Positions 9,554 to 20,600 are shown, counted from the stretch's first letter. The stretch is DNA of 64,000 nt from Syntrophales bacterium (GCA_963668175.1 OY764159.1:2400001-2464000); one strand, 5' to 3'. A program made the numbers and translations. Notes: generated by a model from the sequence alone, not told the origin.

Positions 9554-11176
9554 ATGCCCAAAGTCAGCGCGCTGGAAGCCCAGGTCTATACCAAGATCGT
9601 GGGCGGTCACGGCAAATACGAGAAGACCACCCTGTACATGGCGTGGGACGCCGACTGCCTCCAGTACAAGAAGGGCGTCTTCTGGCACAAGCTCCATTTC
9701 GAAAAGGTGGTGAGCTGGGAAGCAAGGATCGTCGGCGAAAACGTCGATCCCTTCGACAAATCCAGGGATACCCGCTTTCTGCCCTGCATCGCCCTCACGA
9801 CCGGATCGTCCCGCCACGCGACGGAAGAACGGGCGTTCGTCTTCCCTTATTTAAGCTTCGAAAACTGGCTCTACTGGATCGTCCGCGGCCTCGCCAAGTA
9901 TTCGAAGGCCCCCATGCCCGAAGAGAGCCTCTCCGTCCTGTCGCCCAAGCACCAGACCAAGGTGATCAACAGCCGCTCGCTTTCGACGTTCGACAATTCG
10001 CACGAAATCTTCATCTCCATCCTGGAGACGCTGCGGAAGGAGGATGAGACCGATAAAGGCAGGGACTTCAAACTCGGTCCGGGTAAGAAGCTCCCCAGCC
10101 CGCCCCCGGGCGGTCCCCAGATCGAAGGCGTGACAAAGGGCGGCGTCATGTTCGGGAAGGTGACGAAGAAACTCGGCCAGGGCGGAAGCGGCACGATGAT
10201 CTACGAGATCGAAAAACTCCTGCAGCCCGTCATGCAGAAAGACGGGAAGACCGGGGGCGATTGGAAGACGGAACCCATGGTGGTCAAGGTGCCTTCGATC
10301 GACCGGGACGTCGATACCAAGGTCGTCAAGAACGCCGGGGTCCTGAAAGACCTTGTCAAGGAGGCCCGCGTCCTCGCCATCCTCGGCAAGCACCCGAATA
10401 TCGTGGGCCTCATCGACGCCCATGTCCACGGGAAGAGCCGCATATACCTTTTCCTGCAGAAGGGGTACTGCGACCTCAGCGACTACAGGAAGAAGAATCT
10501 GGAGCTGAGCCCGTCCGAGATCAGGAAATACGCCGTGGACATCATGTCCGGCGTCGCCCATATGCACGGGCTCCGGGTTTACCACTGCGACATGAAGCCG
10601 GACAACGTCATGATCTTCGAGGGCGACATCGCCAAGATCATCGACTTCGGCACGGCGAAGACCAGGGTCCTGGATTCGAAGGAAGATATGTTCGGGGAGA
10701 CGTGGTCGCAGTTCGGCACGAAAGGCTACATCTCCCCCGAATCTCGGGACCCCAGGGGCATCGCGACGGAAGACGACCTGGTCAGGAGGGACGCCTTCGC
10801 CGTCGGTATAACGATTCTGTACGGCCTCCTCTCCCATTATTACGGATGGGAAGGGTTGGAGCCTCTGGACGGGATGGTCGAGCCGAAGAAGATCATCCTG
10901 GAGCGGATCAAGAAATACCATAAATTCCTCCGGGACGAGAAGAACCGCAAGCGCATGACCGGCGACCGGCTGCTGGTCCTGGCCGATGCGGCGAGCGGGC
11001 TGATCGAGGCGGACCCCAAAACCAGGCTGACCGTCGCCGATGCGCTGATGTTCGTCAAAGAGGACATGAAGCAGTTCCGGAAGGACCAGATGTCGCGCTC
11101 CCAGGGGGACCTGAACACCTTCAAGGACCTCCAGTTCGTGAAAGAGACGCTCCAGAAATCGACCAGTCCGGAATGA
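9554..11176 (+). CDS. Hanks-type Ser/Thr protein kinase with an N-terminal PH-like domain
   Basis: LGQGGSG, VVK, KE, HPNIV, HCDMKPDN, DFG, GTKGYISPE, DAFAVG. ATG at 9554 with an AAAGGA RBS. No TM segment. Confidence 0.9.
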   Translation: MPKVSALEAQVYTKIVGGHGKYEKTTLYMAWDADCLQYKKGVFWHKLHFEKVVSWEARIVGENVDPFDKSRDTRFLPCIALTTGSSRHATEERAFVFPYLSFENWLYWIVRGLAKYSKAPMPEESLSVLSPKHQTKVINSRSLSTFDNSHEIFISILETLRKEDETDKGRDFKLGPGKKLPSPPPGGPQIEGVTKGGVMFGKVTKKLGQGGSGTMIYEIEKLLQPVMQKDGKTGGDWKTEPMVVKVPSIDRDVDTKVVKNAGVLKDLVKEARVLAILGKHPNIVGLIDAHVHGKSRIYLFLQKGYCDLSDYRKKNLELSPSEIRKYAVDIMSGVAHMHGLRVYHCDMKPDNVMIFEGDIAKIIDFGTAKTRVLDSKEDMFGETWSQFGTKGYISPESRDPRGIATEDDLVRRDAFAVGITILYGLLSHYYGWEGLEPLDGMVEPKKIILERIKKYHKFLRDEKNRKRMTGDRLLVLADAASGLIEADPKTRLTVADALMFVKEDMKQFRKDQMSRSQGDLNTFKDLQFVKETLQKSTSPE

Positions 11177-11230
11177 GACCCTTCGCGCAGCCGCCATCCC
11201 TCAGGCCGGTGAGCTTCTCGTCAAAAAAAT

Positions 11231-11845
11231 ATGAAATTTATGAGAATTGGAAAACATAATATTCTAATCGCCCCAATCCTTTCATTCATTAGCATCATTT
11301 GTTTGGTGGGATGCGATAAATCGTTTGATAAGAAACCAAAAGATTATCCCGATGCTCTTATACAGTTGCCGAATGCGAAGGAGGTAAAATACCAAGAGTT
11401 TCAAGGTACGTTCCAGTTAACATACAGGATTGCGGCTGATTATCCTGCGAAAGAAGCGATTGCAGCGATTTCAGATCAGTTGAAACAAAGCAACTGGTAT
11501 GCCTTGCAGGAAGACTTTATGAATCCGGGGCTGCAATCAAGCCATGTTAGCGGATGGACATCATTTGAAGATTCAACTAAGGGACCCCTACAGATGGTTC
11601 ATCAATGGCTAGCCAATTGGGAGAATCAAAACGGGGAGGTCGTAACATACGGGTTTCGTTATCAATACGAAAGCAGGAACACCAATGATGTTATGAAAGC
11701 CAATGCCCTTAGAAATCTGACAGTTGTAGCCGTATTCATGCCGGCACCTCTGGCAAAACAGATTCGTGAACAAGTTAAAGAATTCAGCAAGAAATCTAAT
11801 AGGGCGAAAAAAAATAGTTCATTCAAGCTTCTTGATGACCTTTAA
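11231..11845 (+). CDS. Hypothetical lipoprotein (low GC)
   Basis: Lipobox CLVGC. AT-rich ORF directly after the kinase. Confidence 0.7.
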   Translation: MKFMRIGKHNILIAPILSFISIICLVGCDKSFDKKPKDYPDALIQLPNAKEVKYQEFQGTFQLTYRIAADYPAKEAIAAISDQLKQSNWYALQEDFMNPGLQSSHVSGWTSFEDSTKGPLQMVHQWLANWENQNGEVVTYGFRYQYESRNTNDVMKANALRNLTVVAVFMPAPLAKQIREQVKEFSKKSNRAKKNSSFKLLDDL

Positions 11846-12039
11846 CTTTAACCAACCTTGTCCTTCCTGTGCATCGTCACTTATTGTATTAACAAAGATA
11901 TTTCAATCATCAATTGATCTCGATTCCCATGCCCGCCCGCCGCGTCGCAGCCCGCCCGAATTTCCCTGACAGCGCTTTTTTTACACAGATAATATCCGAG
12001 CATACTCAAGTCTAAATAGTGATATTGGAAACACACGGC

Positions 12040-13209
12040 TTAAGGCAGAAACCGCTGGCTGATCCTGTTCAGATAGCCGTCCAGTCCGTCCGGGTCGTCC
12101 CACTGCTGCCTGCCGAGGGCTTCCCTGAGCTTGTTGTAGGTTTCCCTGTTCGCGAGGTCGTCCAGGCGCTGGTAGATGCCGCGCCGCGCCCCCAGGCGGA
12201 AAATGACGCGGTCCTCGTCGGACAAACCCAGGTAGCGGTCGATGATGCCGAGGAGCCTCTCCCTCTCTTCGGGCAGTTTCCCTTCCAGTTCCAGAAGCAG
12301 GTTGAGGACGTGGTCGCTCACGACGCGGCTTTCCACGCCTTCGAGGTGTTCGAGGAAGAGGCGAAGCTCCCGGATGACGTCGTCTTCGCCGAGCGGCTGG
12401 AATTCCCCCTTCCGCATCCGGTCGTACAGGTCGGTCCCCTGGCGGAGCAGAAACTGGCGGGGCCGGATGGTGTCGGGGTTGATGGCGTTGATCACTTTGG
12501 CCGTCTCCAGGGCGTGTTCGCGGGACCAGCGGCTGCCGCCGAGCCCAGGCATGACGAACTCGCACAGCGATATCCCCGCCGCCTTGATGCGCAGGCCGCC
12601 CTCGATGTGGTCGGCCGCCGTTTCTCCCTTGCGGACAAACTTGAGCAGGGGGTCGTATCCCGATTCCAGGCCGACGTGGACGCTGTTCAGCCCCGCTTTT
12701 CTGATCCGGACGAGGTCTTCGACCGATTTACGGCAGGCCGTCTTCGACCGGCAGTAGGACGTGATCCGTTCGACGGCCGGAAACTTCTCCATGAGAAAGT
12801 CGAGGACCTCCACGAGGTCGTCGGTCTTCATGATCATCGTGTCGCCGTCCTGGAGGAAGACGGTCCGGCCGCCGAAATAGAGCCAGGCCGCGACGTGCCC
12901 GATCTGCTCTTCGGCGGAGCTCTCGAACTCCCGGTTGAGGAGGGCGGAGAGGACTTCGCCGCTGACGCGGCCGCCCTGGCCAAGTTTCCACGAAAGCTCG
13001 ACGATGCCGTCCGCCATGTCGCGGACGGCCGTAATGTCCCGCTTGATTTCGTCAACGGTCCGAAGCTCGAAACGGGTGTCCTTGTAAGAGTGGCAGAAGG
13101 CGCACTTGTTCCAGGGGCAGTTGCGCGTCGGCCGGATGATGAGACTTCTCGCTTCGCTGGGCGGCCGGATGGGGCCCTGCTCGAAGCATGCGTTTTCCGT
13201 CATGGGCAT
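12040..13209 (-). CDS. Radical SAM protein
   Basis: IRPPSEA..RNCPWNKCAFC cluster motif, FLQDGD, VGLESG, VMPGLGG, SDH. Confidence 0.9.
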   Translation of the reverse strand: MPMTENACFEQGPIRPPSEARSLIIRPTRNCPWNKCAFCHSYKDTRFELRTVDEIKRDITAVRDMADGIVELSWKLGQGGRVSGEVLSALLNREFESSAEEQIGHVAAWLYFGGRTVFLQDGDTMIMKTDDLVEVLDFLMEKFPAVERITSYCRSKTACRKSVEDLVRIRKAGLNSVHVGLESGYDPLLKFVRKGETAADHIEGGLRIKAAGISLCEFVMPGLGGSRWSREHALETAKVINAINPDTIRPRQFLLRQGTDLYDRMRKGEFQPLGEDDVIRELRLFLEHLEGVESRVVSDHVLNLLLELEGKLPEERERLLGIIDRYLGLSDEDRVIFRLGARRGIYQRLDDLANRETYNKLREALGRQQWDDPDGLDGYLNRISQRFLP

Positions 13210-13445
13210 TTTCCTTGTTTTGAGCAGAAAGTCACAAACCGGAAGGGGTCCGGGGATGTCCTTGGGTTGTTCGCGCCGTCTGCGAAGATCGGCGACTTGA
13301 GGTTATTGTACACGGACGTAAAGTCCCTGTCAATTGTCGCTTCGGGGGAGGGGCGGGGGCGGGGCGGCCGCCTTGACGAAGGCGCCGGGACATCGGATAT
13401 TCTCCGGCTTGAGACGGGGCGGAGACAGGAATGCCCGGCGTCCGG

Positions 13446-14276
13446 TTATTTTTTCAGGGTATAGGCCGCCTGGGCCTCCGTCCAGTCCCCGGGGTCGAGC
13501 CGGTTGAGCCGTCTCACCAGGTCGCCGATCATTTCCGTCGATCTGGCATCGAAGACCTGGAAGACGCCTTCCCGAAAACCGAGGGCGATGAGCGGTTCCT
13601 TCCTGACCGTGGCGACGATCTTAATCCTTTCCTCCGCCGAATCGTTCCGGTAGTCCGGGAGGAACATGGCCGTGAGGCGGACGGGGCCGCCCGGCGGCGG
13701 GAAAGTGCGCGCCTCGCCTGCGGCGACGTAATGGTCCTTCATGTGCGCGTTGGGGAAGAGAAGCGTCACGGAGCCGTCGGCGGCGACGGAGAAGATGTAG
13801 ACGTAGGCGTCTTTGCTCACCTGGTAGACGATCTCGACCTCGTCGCCCTGCTTCAGGTCCGTTTTGGACAGGTGCATTTGGACGGACAGGCCTTCCCCTT
13901 TTTCCGGATAGACGGGTTCGACCAGGGCCTTGATCCGGACGCGGTAGAGGTTCCTCTCCTTGCCTTCCCAGCCGTAAGAGAGGGTCAGCTCCTTGACGAT
14001 CTTTCCCCGGACGGCCGCGTAGACCAGGTCTTCGGCGATCTGGCCGTTGGAGACCAGTGTGTGGGCCTTGACGAACGTCCCCACGGCCTCGGCCACGGCC
14101 TTGATCCTGGCATCCTGCCTGGCCCGGCCCTGGACCTCCTTCGGCGTGTCCAGGTCGCCCTGGCGCGATTCGCCGTCGGCCGTCACCCAGACGGGTTTCT
14201 CGGCGGCCGCCGTAAGCGGCAGGAGGGCGAAGGCGATGGCGAGGAGCAGGTGTTTTATTTGCATGGGACCCTTCAC
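13446..14276 (-). CDS. Exported DUF4384-like protein, translationally coupled to the caspase gene
   Basis: Signal peptide; GDEVEIVYQVSKDAYVYIFSVAADGSVTLLFPN. ATGA overlap at 14273-14276. Confidence 0.8.
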   Translation of the reverse strand: MKGPMQIKHLLLAIAFALLPLTAAAEKPVWVTADGESRQGDLDTPKEVQGRARQDARIKAVAEAVGTFVKAHTLVSNGQIAEDLVYAAVRGKIVKELTLSYGWEGKERNLYRVRIKALVEPVYPEKGEGLSVQMHLSKTDLKQGDEVEIVYQVSKDAYVYIFSVAADGSVTLLFPNAHMKDHYVAAGEARTFPPPGGPVRLTAMFLPDYRNDSAEERIKIVATVRKEPLIALGFREGVFQVFDARSTEMIGDLVRRLNRLDPGDWTEAQAAYTLKK

Positions 14277-15592
14277 GGCTTTTTCGGCGCAATCAACTGC
14301 GGCGTCTGTTCGTTGTTGAACTGCCTCCGGGCGATGCGCTCCACCTGGGGCTTCAGATAGCCGTACAGGTCCTGGACGGCAAGCGACCCGTCCCGCTTCA
14401 CGACGTCCTCGTTCCTGATGCCCTTGAGGAGGAAATAGGTGAAGAGGCCGTGCCCCTTCTCCTTATAGGCGGAGCTGATCTGGCTCCCCGACGACGCCGC
14501 CAGGACGGTCACGTTGCCGGGGATGCGGGCGGACTTGTCCATCTGTAAAACCAAGGGCCTTGCCCCCTCGGCGAGGACCGACCGCTCCCCCGCGCCGGAG
14601 AAGCACGAATCGAGGGCGACGATGATATCCTTCGCCGGCAGCCTCCCCAGGGCTTCGTACATCCTCTTCAGCGGATAGCCGGTCTGATCGATGAAGGACG
14701 GATCGCCGTCGTAGGGCACCAGGAAGGCGTCGCCCGTTTTCGGGTTTGGGGCGCCGTGGCCGGAATAATAAACGAAGACCGTCGCACCCTTTTCGACATT
14801 GTTGGCAAGCCACTGTTCGAAATACTTCTCGAAATCGCTTTTCGCCGCATGCTCGTCGGTCAGTAAGACGATGTGCTCGACGGGGTAACCCATGACCCTG
14901 GCCAGGTAGTCGCCGACGAGCGTGGCGTCGCGGATGGCGAAATCGACGTTGGGAAGTTTCTGGCGGTACCGCTCGATGCCGATCACGATGGCGTAAGCGT
15001 TCCTGTTGGTTATGTTTCCGGCCGCGGGCAATTCGTCCACGTCGGAGACGATGCCGGAGGGCGCCGCAACGGGTTGCCGCCTGTCCGGCAGGAATGTCTT
15101 CGCGGCGGAATCTTCCTTCTGCTGTTTCAGCCTGCCCAGGCGGAGTTTCCGTTCTTCGAGCATCCGCGACCGCAGGGCCGTTCCCTCCGCGAGAGCCGCA
15201 AACACGCCGGAAACGACCTTGTCGGCGGGGCTCGCGATGAAAAATCCCTTTTCTTCCACGGCGGCGAGCCTTTCCTTCGTTGCGGCGGAGAATATCTCGG
15301 CGCGGACCGACCACGTGTCCGGCTGGCTGATGCGGACGGCGACGTCGCAGCGGTCGGCCTCGTCGAGGGAGTTCGCCTCATGGACGGAGAGGAAATAGGC
15401 CGATTTGAGGAGTTTGTCGTAGGCGGAGGATATCCAGGCGGCGGCTTTCGGGTCGTACCGGCCCATGACGAGACAGGCATCCGCGGGGATATCCTTGGAA
15501 ACGCCGGGTTGAGGCGAGAAGGCGGAAGCCGTGCCATAACCGGCAAAGAACGGGACGAGAACGATCGTAACGATGCAGGCTAGCCGTTTCAT
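14273..15592 (-). CDS. Exported caspase-family (peptidase C14) protein
   Basis: Signal peptide; YAIVIGIERY, YYSGHG (His), LDSCFSG (Cys), HGLFTYFLLKG, QTPQ. Confidence 0.9.
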   Translation of the reverse strand: MKRLACIVTIVLVPFFAGYGTASAFSPQPGVSKDIPADACLVMGRYDPKAAAWISSAYDKLLKSAYFLSVHEANSLDEADRCDVAVRISQPDTWSVRAEIFSAATKERLAAVEEKGFFIASPADKVVSGVFAALAEGTALRSRMLEERKLRLGRLKQQKEDSAAKTFLPDRRQPVAAPSGIVSDVDELPAAGNITNRNAYAIVIGIERYRQKLPNVDFAIRDATLVGDYLARVMGYPVEHIVLLTDEHAAKSDFEKYFEQWLANNVEKGATVFVYYSGHGAPNPKTGDAFLVPYDGDPSFIDQTGYPLKRMYEALGRLPAKDIIVALDSCFSGAGERSVLAEGARPLVLQMDKSARIPGNVTVLAASSGSQISSAYKEKGHGLFTYFLLKGIRNEDVVKRDGSLAVQDLYGYLKPQVERIARRQFNNEQTPQLIAPKKP

Positions 15593-15746
15593 AAAAACAT
15601 CCTCGATGTTATATTGCGCCGGATCGACGAAGCGGCGGCTAATGACGGTCTTGTTCCGTATTCCCATGTGTAACGAGTAAGGCGCCGCTTGTCAAGGGCA
15701 ATCGCGGATCCGTCCAAGTCCCTCCAACGGCTGCATCGCATTTTAT

Positions 15747-15777
15747 AAAAAAGGCAGGGGCGCGATGCCCCTGCCTT
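15747..15777 (-). terminator. Intrinsic terminator
   Basis: AAGGCAGGGGC-loop-GCCCCTGCCTT + T run on the minus strand. Confidence 0.8.
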
Positions 15778-15809
15778 CCGGTTGTTCATGAATCCGCAGG
15801 CGACTGCGA

Positions 15810-17345
15810 TCAAGCCAGCGGTTTTTCCTTGGCGGCGTTGATGCCGGCGTTCCTGCCGAAGACGATGCAGTCCACCGTGGCGTTCCCGCCGACACGGTTG
15901 GTGCCGTGGACGCCGCCGGTGACTTCGCCCGCAGCATAAAGCCTCGGGATGATCTTGTCGTCCCGGCCGATGACCTGGGCGGTCGTCCCCTCGGTCTGGA
16001 CGCCTCCCATCGTGTGGTGCACGCCGGCCTGGGTCGGGCTGGCGTAGAAGGGACCTTTGGTGACGGGCTTCAGGTTGTCCGGTTTCTTGCCGAACGCGTC
16101 GTCCTTCCCCTTCACGACGGCGTCGTTGTATTTCGCCACCGATTCGAGGAAGGTCGTTTCCGGCACCTGGAGTTTATCGTTTAAGATTTTCGCGAGGCCT
16201 TCCAGCGTGTCCGCCCGGAAGGCGAGGCCGTCCTTGATGATCTCCTCGGTGATTTTCGCGTTGAACCGCTTGGCGCACTGCTCGTCGGCGACCCAGAGAA
16301 GCACCTTCTTGGTCTGCTTCAGGACGGCTTCGGCCATGACGTCGCGGCGCTGGTCCTCGGCCACGAAACGCTTGCCTTCGAGGTTGACGAAGAGGGCGTG
16401 GTCCACGCCGAGGTTCGTCAGGGAGCCGTACTGCTTGGTGTAGTAGTTGCACGCGATCAGCATCTGGATGTAGTCCATCCCGATGACGTCGGCCCCTTCG
16501 TTTTCGGCGATAACGATCGATTCGCCCGTGGCCGTCGCCACGTTGGTCGTCGGCACGTCGGCCGTAAGGCGCGGGTCGTGCTTCATGCGCATCGCGACAT
16601 CCGCGCCGAAGCCTCCCGTTGCGAGGATGACGGCCCGGCGCGCCTTGATAAAGACGTCTTTCTTCTTCTCGACGACGACGGCCCCGAGGATGTCTCCCTC
16701 CAGGGGCTTCTGACGGACGAGGGCCTTGAGCTTCACGTTCATGAGGATGGGGATCTTCCTCTTGTCCACCTGATCCTTGAGCACCTTGATGATCAGACCG
16801 CCCCGGCCCTTGTCGACGGGGTCGAAGCTCCGGGCCCACAGCGCGCCGACGGCCGTGTAGGGCTTCGGATCGAAAGCGACGCCCAGCTGTTCCAGCCATT
16901 TGCGGCCCGCCAGGGCGTTGAACGTCATGTATTTCACCTTCTCCGGATCGCCGCGGTAGTCGCCGCCGGCAAGCGTCTGCGAGTAGTGCAGCTCCGGCGA
17001 ATCCTTAATCCCGTACTTCGCCTGGACGTCCGGCTCCGAACAATTGTAGATGCCGCTCGCGATCGCCGAGTTGCCGCCGATGATCGCCGCCTTCTCGACG
17101 ATGACGACCTTCGCCCCCGCGTCGTGGGCCTCGATGGCGGCGGCCAGGCCCGCATAGCCCGTCCCCACGATGAGGACGTCCGTCGTTTTGTCCCATTTCT
17201 TCGGCGGGGCCACCGCCTCGACCCTGCCCGGAAGCAGCGCGCCCGCCGCCAGGGTCCCGGCCATGGCCGCGCCTGTGCCTGCTATGAATTTACGTCTGCT
17301 GATGCCTTGTTCCCCTGCATCGTTCTTCCTTTCGTTATTTTCCAT
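15810..17345 (-). CDS. Tat-exported flavocytochrome c flavin subunit (FccA/UrdA superfamily, no heme domain)
   Basis: SRRKF Tat motif, GTGYAGLAAA, ILATGGF, GKRFVAE, HHTMGG, AAGEVTGGVHGTNRVGGNA. Confidence 0.9.
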   Translation of the reverse strand: MENNERKNDAGEQGISRRKFIAGTGAAMAGTLAAGALLPGRVEAVAPPKKWDKTTDVLIVGTGYAGLAAAIEAHDAGAKVVIVEKAAIIGGNSAIASGIYNCSEPDVQAKYGIKDSPELHYSQTLAGGDYRGDPEKVKYMTFNALAGRKWLEQLGVAFDPKPYTAVGALWARSFDPVDKGRGGLIIKVLKDQVDKRKIPILMNVKLKALVRQKPLEGDILGAVVVEKKKDVFIKARRAVILATGGFGADVAMRMKHDPRLTADVPTTNVATATGESIVIAENEGADVIGMDYIQMLIACNYYTKQYGSLTNLGVDHALFVNLEGKRFVAEDQRRDVMAEAVLKQTKKVLLWVADEQCAKRFNAKITEEIIKDGLAFRADTLEGLAKILNDKLQVPETTFLESVAKYNDAVVKGKDDAFGKKPDNLKPVTKGPFYASPTQAGVHHTMGGVQTEGTTAQVIGRDDKIIPRLYAAGEVTGGVHGTNRVGGNATVDCIVFGRNAGINAAKEKPLA

Positions 17346-17660
17346 GATGCTGCTCCTTTCTTCCACAAGTGACCGTGCTTATACCAGGTTTTCGATTCTT
17401 TGTCTTCGGAAATGTCATACAATCATGTATTCATGAAAGACGGACCTTTTCTATGATACGGCAAATCGCCGGCGGCGGTCCATGAAAAAAATCAGGGCAA
17501 GCTTCCAGGCAGGACGTAGTCGGCCCGGTTGCGTTTTCCCGGATTTGTCGGTTTGCTCCGGGCATGCCCGGCGTCCCGCGATGCCGGGGCGACGCTCGAA
17601 AAGAGGTCGGCCCTCCCGGACTGCCGTTGCCGCCCCGGGGAAGAGACTCGCGGCGCATCC

Positions 17661-20600
17661 TCATGCGCCGTCCAGGGCCTTCCGCACCTTGGACGCCATC
17701 TCTTTCAGGGAAAAAGGTTTCTGCATATAATGGACGCCCTCGTTCAGGATGCCGTGATGGGAGATGATATCGGCCGTATAGCCCGACATGAAGAGGGATT
17801 TCATATCCGGAAAGAGGACCTTCAGCCTGTCCGCCAGTTCCTTGCCGTTCATCTCGGGCATGACGACGTCGGTCATGAGCAGATGTATCGTTCCGGCATG
17901 CGCTTCAGCCTTCCGGACGGCCTCGCCCGGTGTTCCGGCAATCAGGACGGCGTATCCGAGTTTTTCGAGCATGAGCCCGCTCATGGCGAGAAGAGACGGT
18001 TCGTCTTCCACGACGAGGACCGTCTCCCTTCCTCCCGCCGCCGGTTCCCGGGAGTCTCCCGCCGCGGCCGGCTCCTCAGCGCCCATGTACCTCGGCAGGT
18101 ATACCTTGAAGGTCGTTCCCCGGCCGGGTTCGCTGTCGACGCCGACGAACCCGCCGTTCTGCTTCACGATGCCGTAAATCGTCGCGAGCCCCAGACCGGT
18201 TCCCTTGCCTGTCTCCTTCGTCGTGAAGAAAGGGTCGAAGATGTTGGCGAGGGTCTCCCTGCTCATGCCGCAGCCGTCGTCGGAGACGGCGAGCAGGACA
18301 TACGCCCCGGGTATATACCCGGCATGGCTGCTGCAATAGTCTTCGTCGAAGGCGACATTGCCCGTTTCGATGGCGACGCGGCCCACGCCGGCGATGGCGT
18401 CCCGGGCATTGACGCAGAGGTTCGCCAGGATCTGGTCGATCTGGGACGGGTCCATGAGCACGGTCCACAGATCGCTTCCGGGCAGCCAGTTCAGGTGGAT
18501 ATCCTCGCCGATGAGCCTTTGCAGCATTTTGAGCATGCCGTCGACGGTTTCGTTCAGGTCGAGCAGCCGGGGGGCGGCGGTCTGCTTGCGGGCAAAGGCC
18601 AGAAGCTGGCTGACCAGGGCCGTCGATCGCCGGGCGGCCTTGGCGATCTCTTCCAGGTTGGTCCGGAAGGGCTGCCCGGGCTTGACCCGTTCCATGACGA
18701 TTTCCGTATGGCCGAGAATCACCCCCAGCATATTGTTGAAATCGTGGGCCACGCCTCCCGCCAGCCTGCCCACGGATTCCATCTTCTGGGCCTGGAGGAA
18801 CTGGGCCTGGAGACTTTCACGATCCGCCTGGGCCTGCATACGCTCCGTCACGTCGATGATCTGGACGATGTATCCGATCTTCCGGGAGACGGTGTCCGGA
18901 ATCGGTGTTGTGATGATATCGTAGAAGGCCGTGCCGGTCTTGCGCGTTTCGTAGGGCAGACGGGCGAAATCGACCGGAATGATTTGCCTGACTTCTTCGC
19001 CCCGATCGAGTCTTTCCCATATGTCGCGGTACCCGTAATTGGGGTCGTCTTTCAGGCCGAATTTGCCGATCAGGGCATCGGCGTCCACGCCGAACATCTC
19101 GCCGACCCGGCGGTTGCAGCCGATCAGGACGGCCTCCTTGTCGTAAATTTCAACGGCTATCGGCGAATTGTCGAAAATCGTTTTCAACATCTCCCCGCTC
19201 TCCCTCAGGGCTTCTTCCGCGCGGATGAAATCGGTCAGGTCGTGGAAATACCAGACGCGGCCGAAGTATTGCCCCTCCGGGCCGAGAAGCGGCGCCGAGT
19301 AGCGCTCGAAGACGCGGCCGTCGACGAGGGCGATGACGTCCCGGCCGATCTCCTCCTTATGCTCGTAGAGGTACCGGACCCTCTCCTGGAATTGGTCGGG
19401 ATCCGCTATCTGGGAGGCGACGGATTGCAGGACGGGTTCGTCGTACTTGGCCTCGACGAGGGCGGGCTGGATCCGCCACATGTCGACGAACCGCCGGTTG
19501 TAAGAAACGATCCGGTCTTCCTCGTCGACCACCAGGATACCGTCGATGGACACGTCCTGCTGGGTGGAAAGCAGGACATTCCGGTATTGCAGGTCCCTTT
19601 CCGCCCGCTTCTGGTCGGTGATGTCCGTCCAGACCGCCGCCCAGTAAGCGCGGCCGCCGATGCGCAGCTCCTTGACGCTGACGCGGACGTCGCGGATGTC
19701 GCCGCTGCGGTGGCGGTGCGTCGTCTCGAAGGCGACGCCGCGAACCGGGTCCTCTTCCAGTATCCGGCTGATGGGTTCGGGCGTCATTTCCGTCCGGATG
19801 TCGTGTACGGTGAGGGCGGCAAATTCCTCGCGCGAATAACCGAGCCCCTCATGGGCCGCTTCGTTGAATTCGACGAAACGGTCGTTCGTGCGGTCGATGA
19901 GGGCGATGGCGTCAACGGCCTGGCCGACGATGCTCGAGAATATCTCCTCCCGCGTCTTCAGGGCCTCTTCCGCGCGCCTGCGGTCGGCGATTTCGTCTTT
20001 GAACTCCTCGTTGAGCCTCGTCAGGGCTTCCGTCCGGTCCCGGACGCGCTGCTCCAGATCGTCGTGGGCGCGCTGGAGCGCCTCTTCCGTCCGCTTCCGT
20101 TCGGTGATGTCCTCCAGTATCCACAGCGTGCCGGCGGAAAGGTCGGAGGGATCGACGGCCCTGCCGTTGTATTTGACCCAGATATGGGCCCCGTCGCGGC
20201 GCACCAGTTCCTGGACCGTCACGTAGGTTTCGCCCCGGGCGAGGACAGGGTAGGCGTCGCTGCCGAGTCGGTTATAGGCCTCCTTCGATACGTAAAACTT
20301 CTCCGTGGTCTGCCCGATCAGTTCCTCTTTCGGGTACTGGAACATCGCTTCCGTTTTTTTGTTGATCCAGACCTGCTTGCGGTCGCGCACGAGGGAGATG
20401 GCGACATCGGCGGTGTCGAGGATGATGCGCTGCTCGCGCAGCACGCTCTGAAGTTCTTCCCTGATCCTTCGCTGCTCCGTGATATCGGCGATAAACCCTT
20501 CCATGAAGAGGGGGATGCCCTTGGCGTCGCCGATCGTCCGGCAATCTGCGGAAAGCAGGCGGGTGGCGCCGTCCCGGCGGCGTGTTTCCAGTTCGAGATT

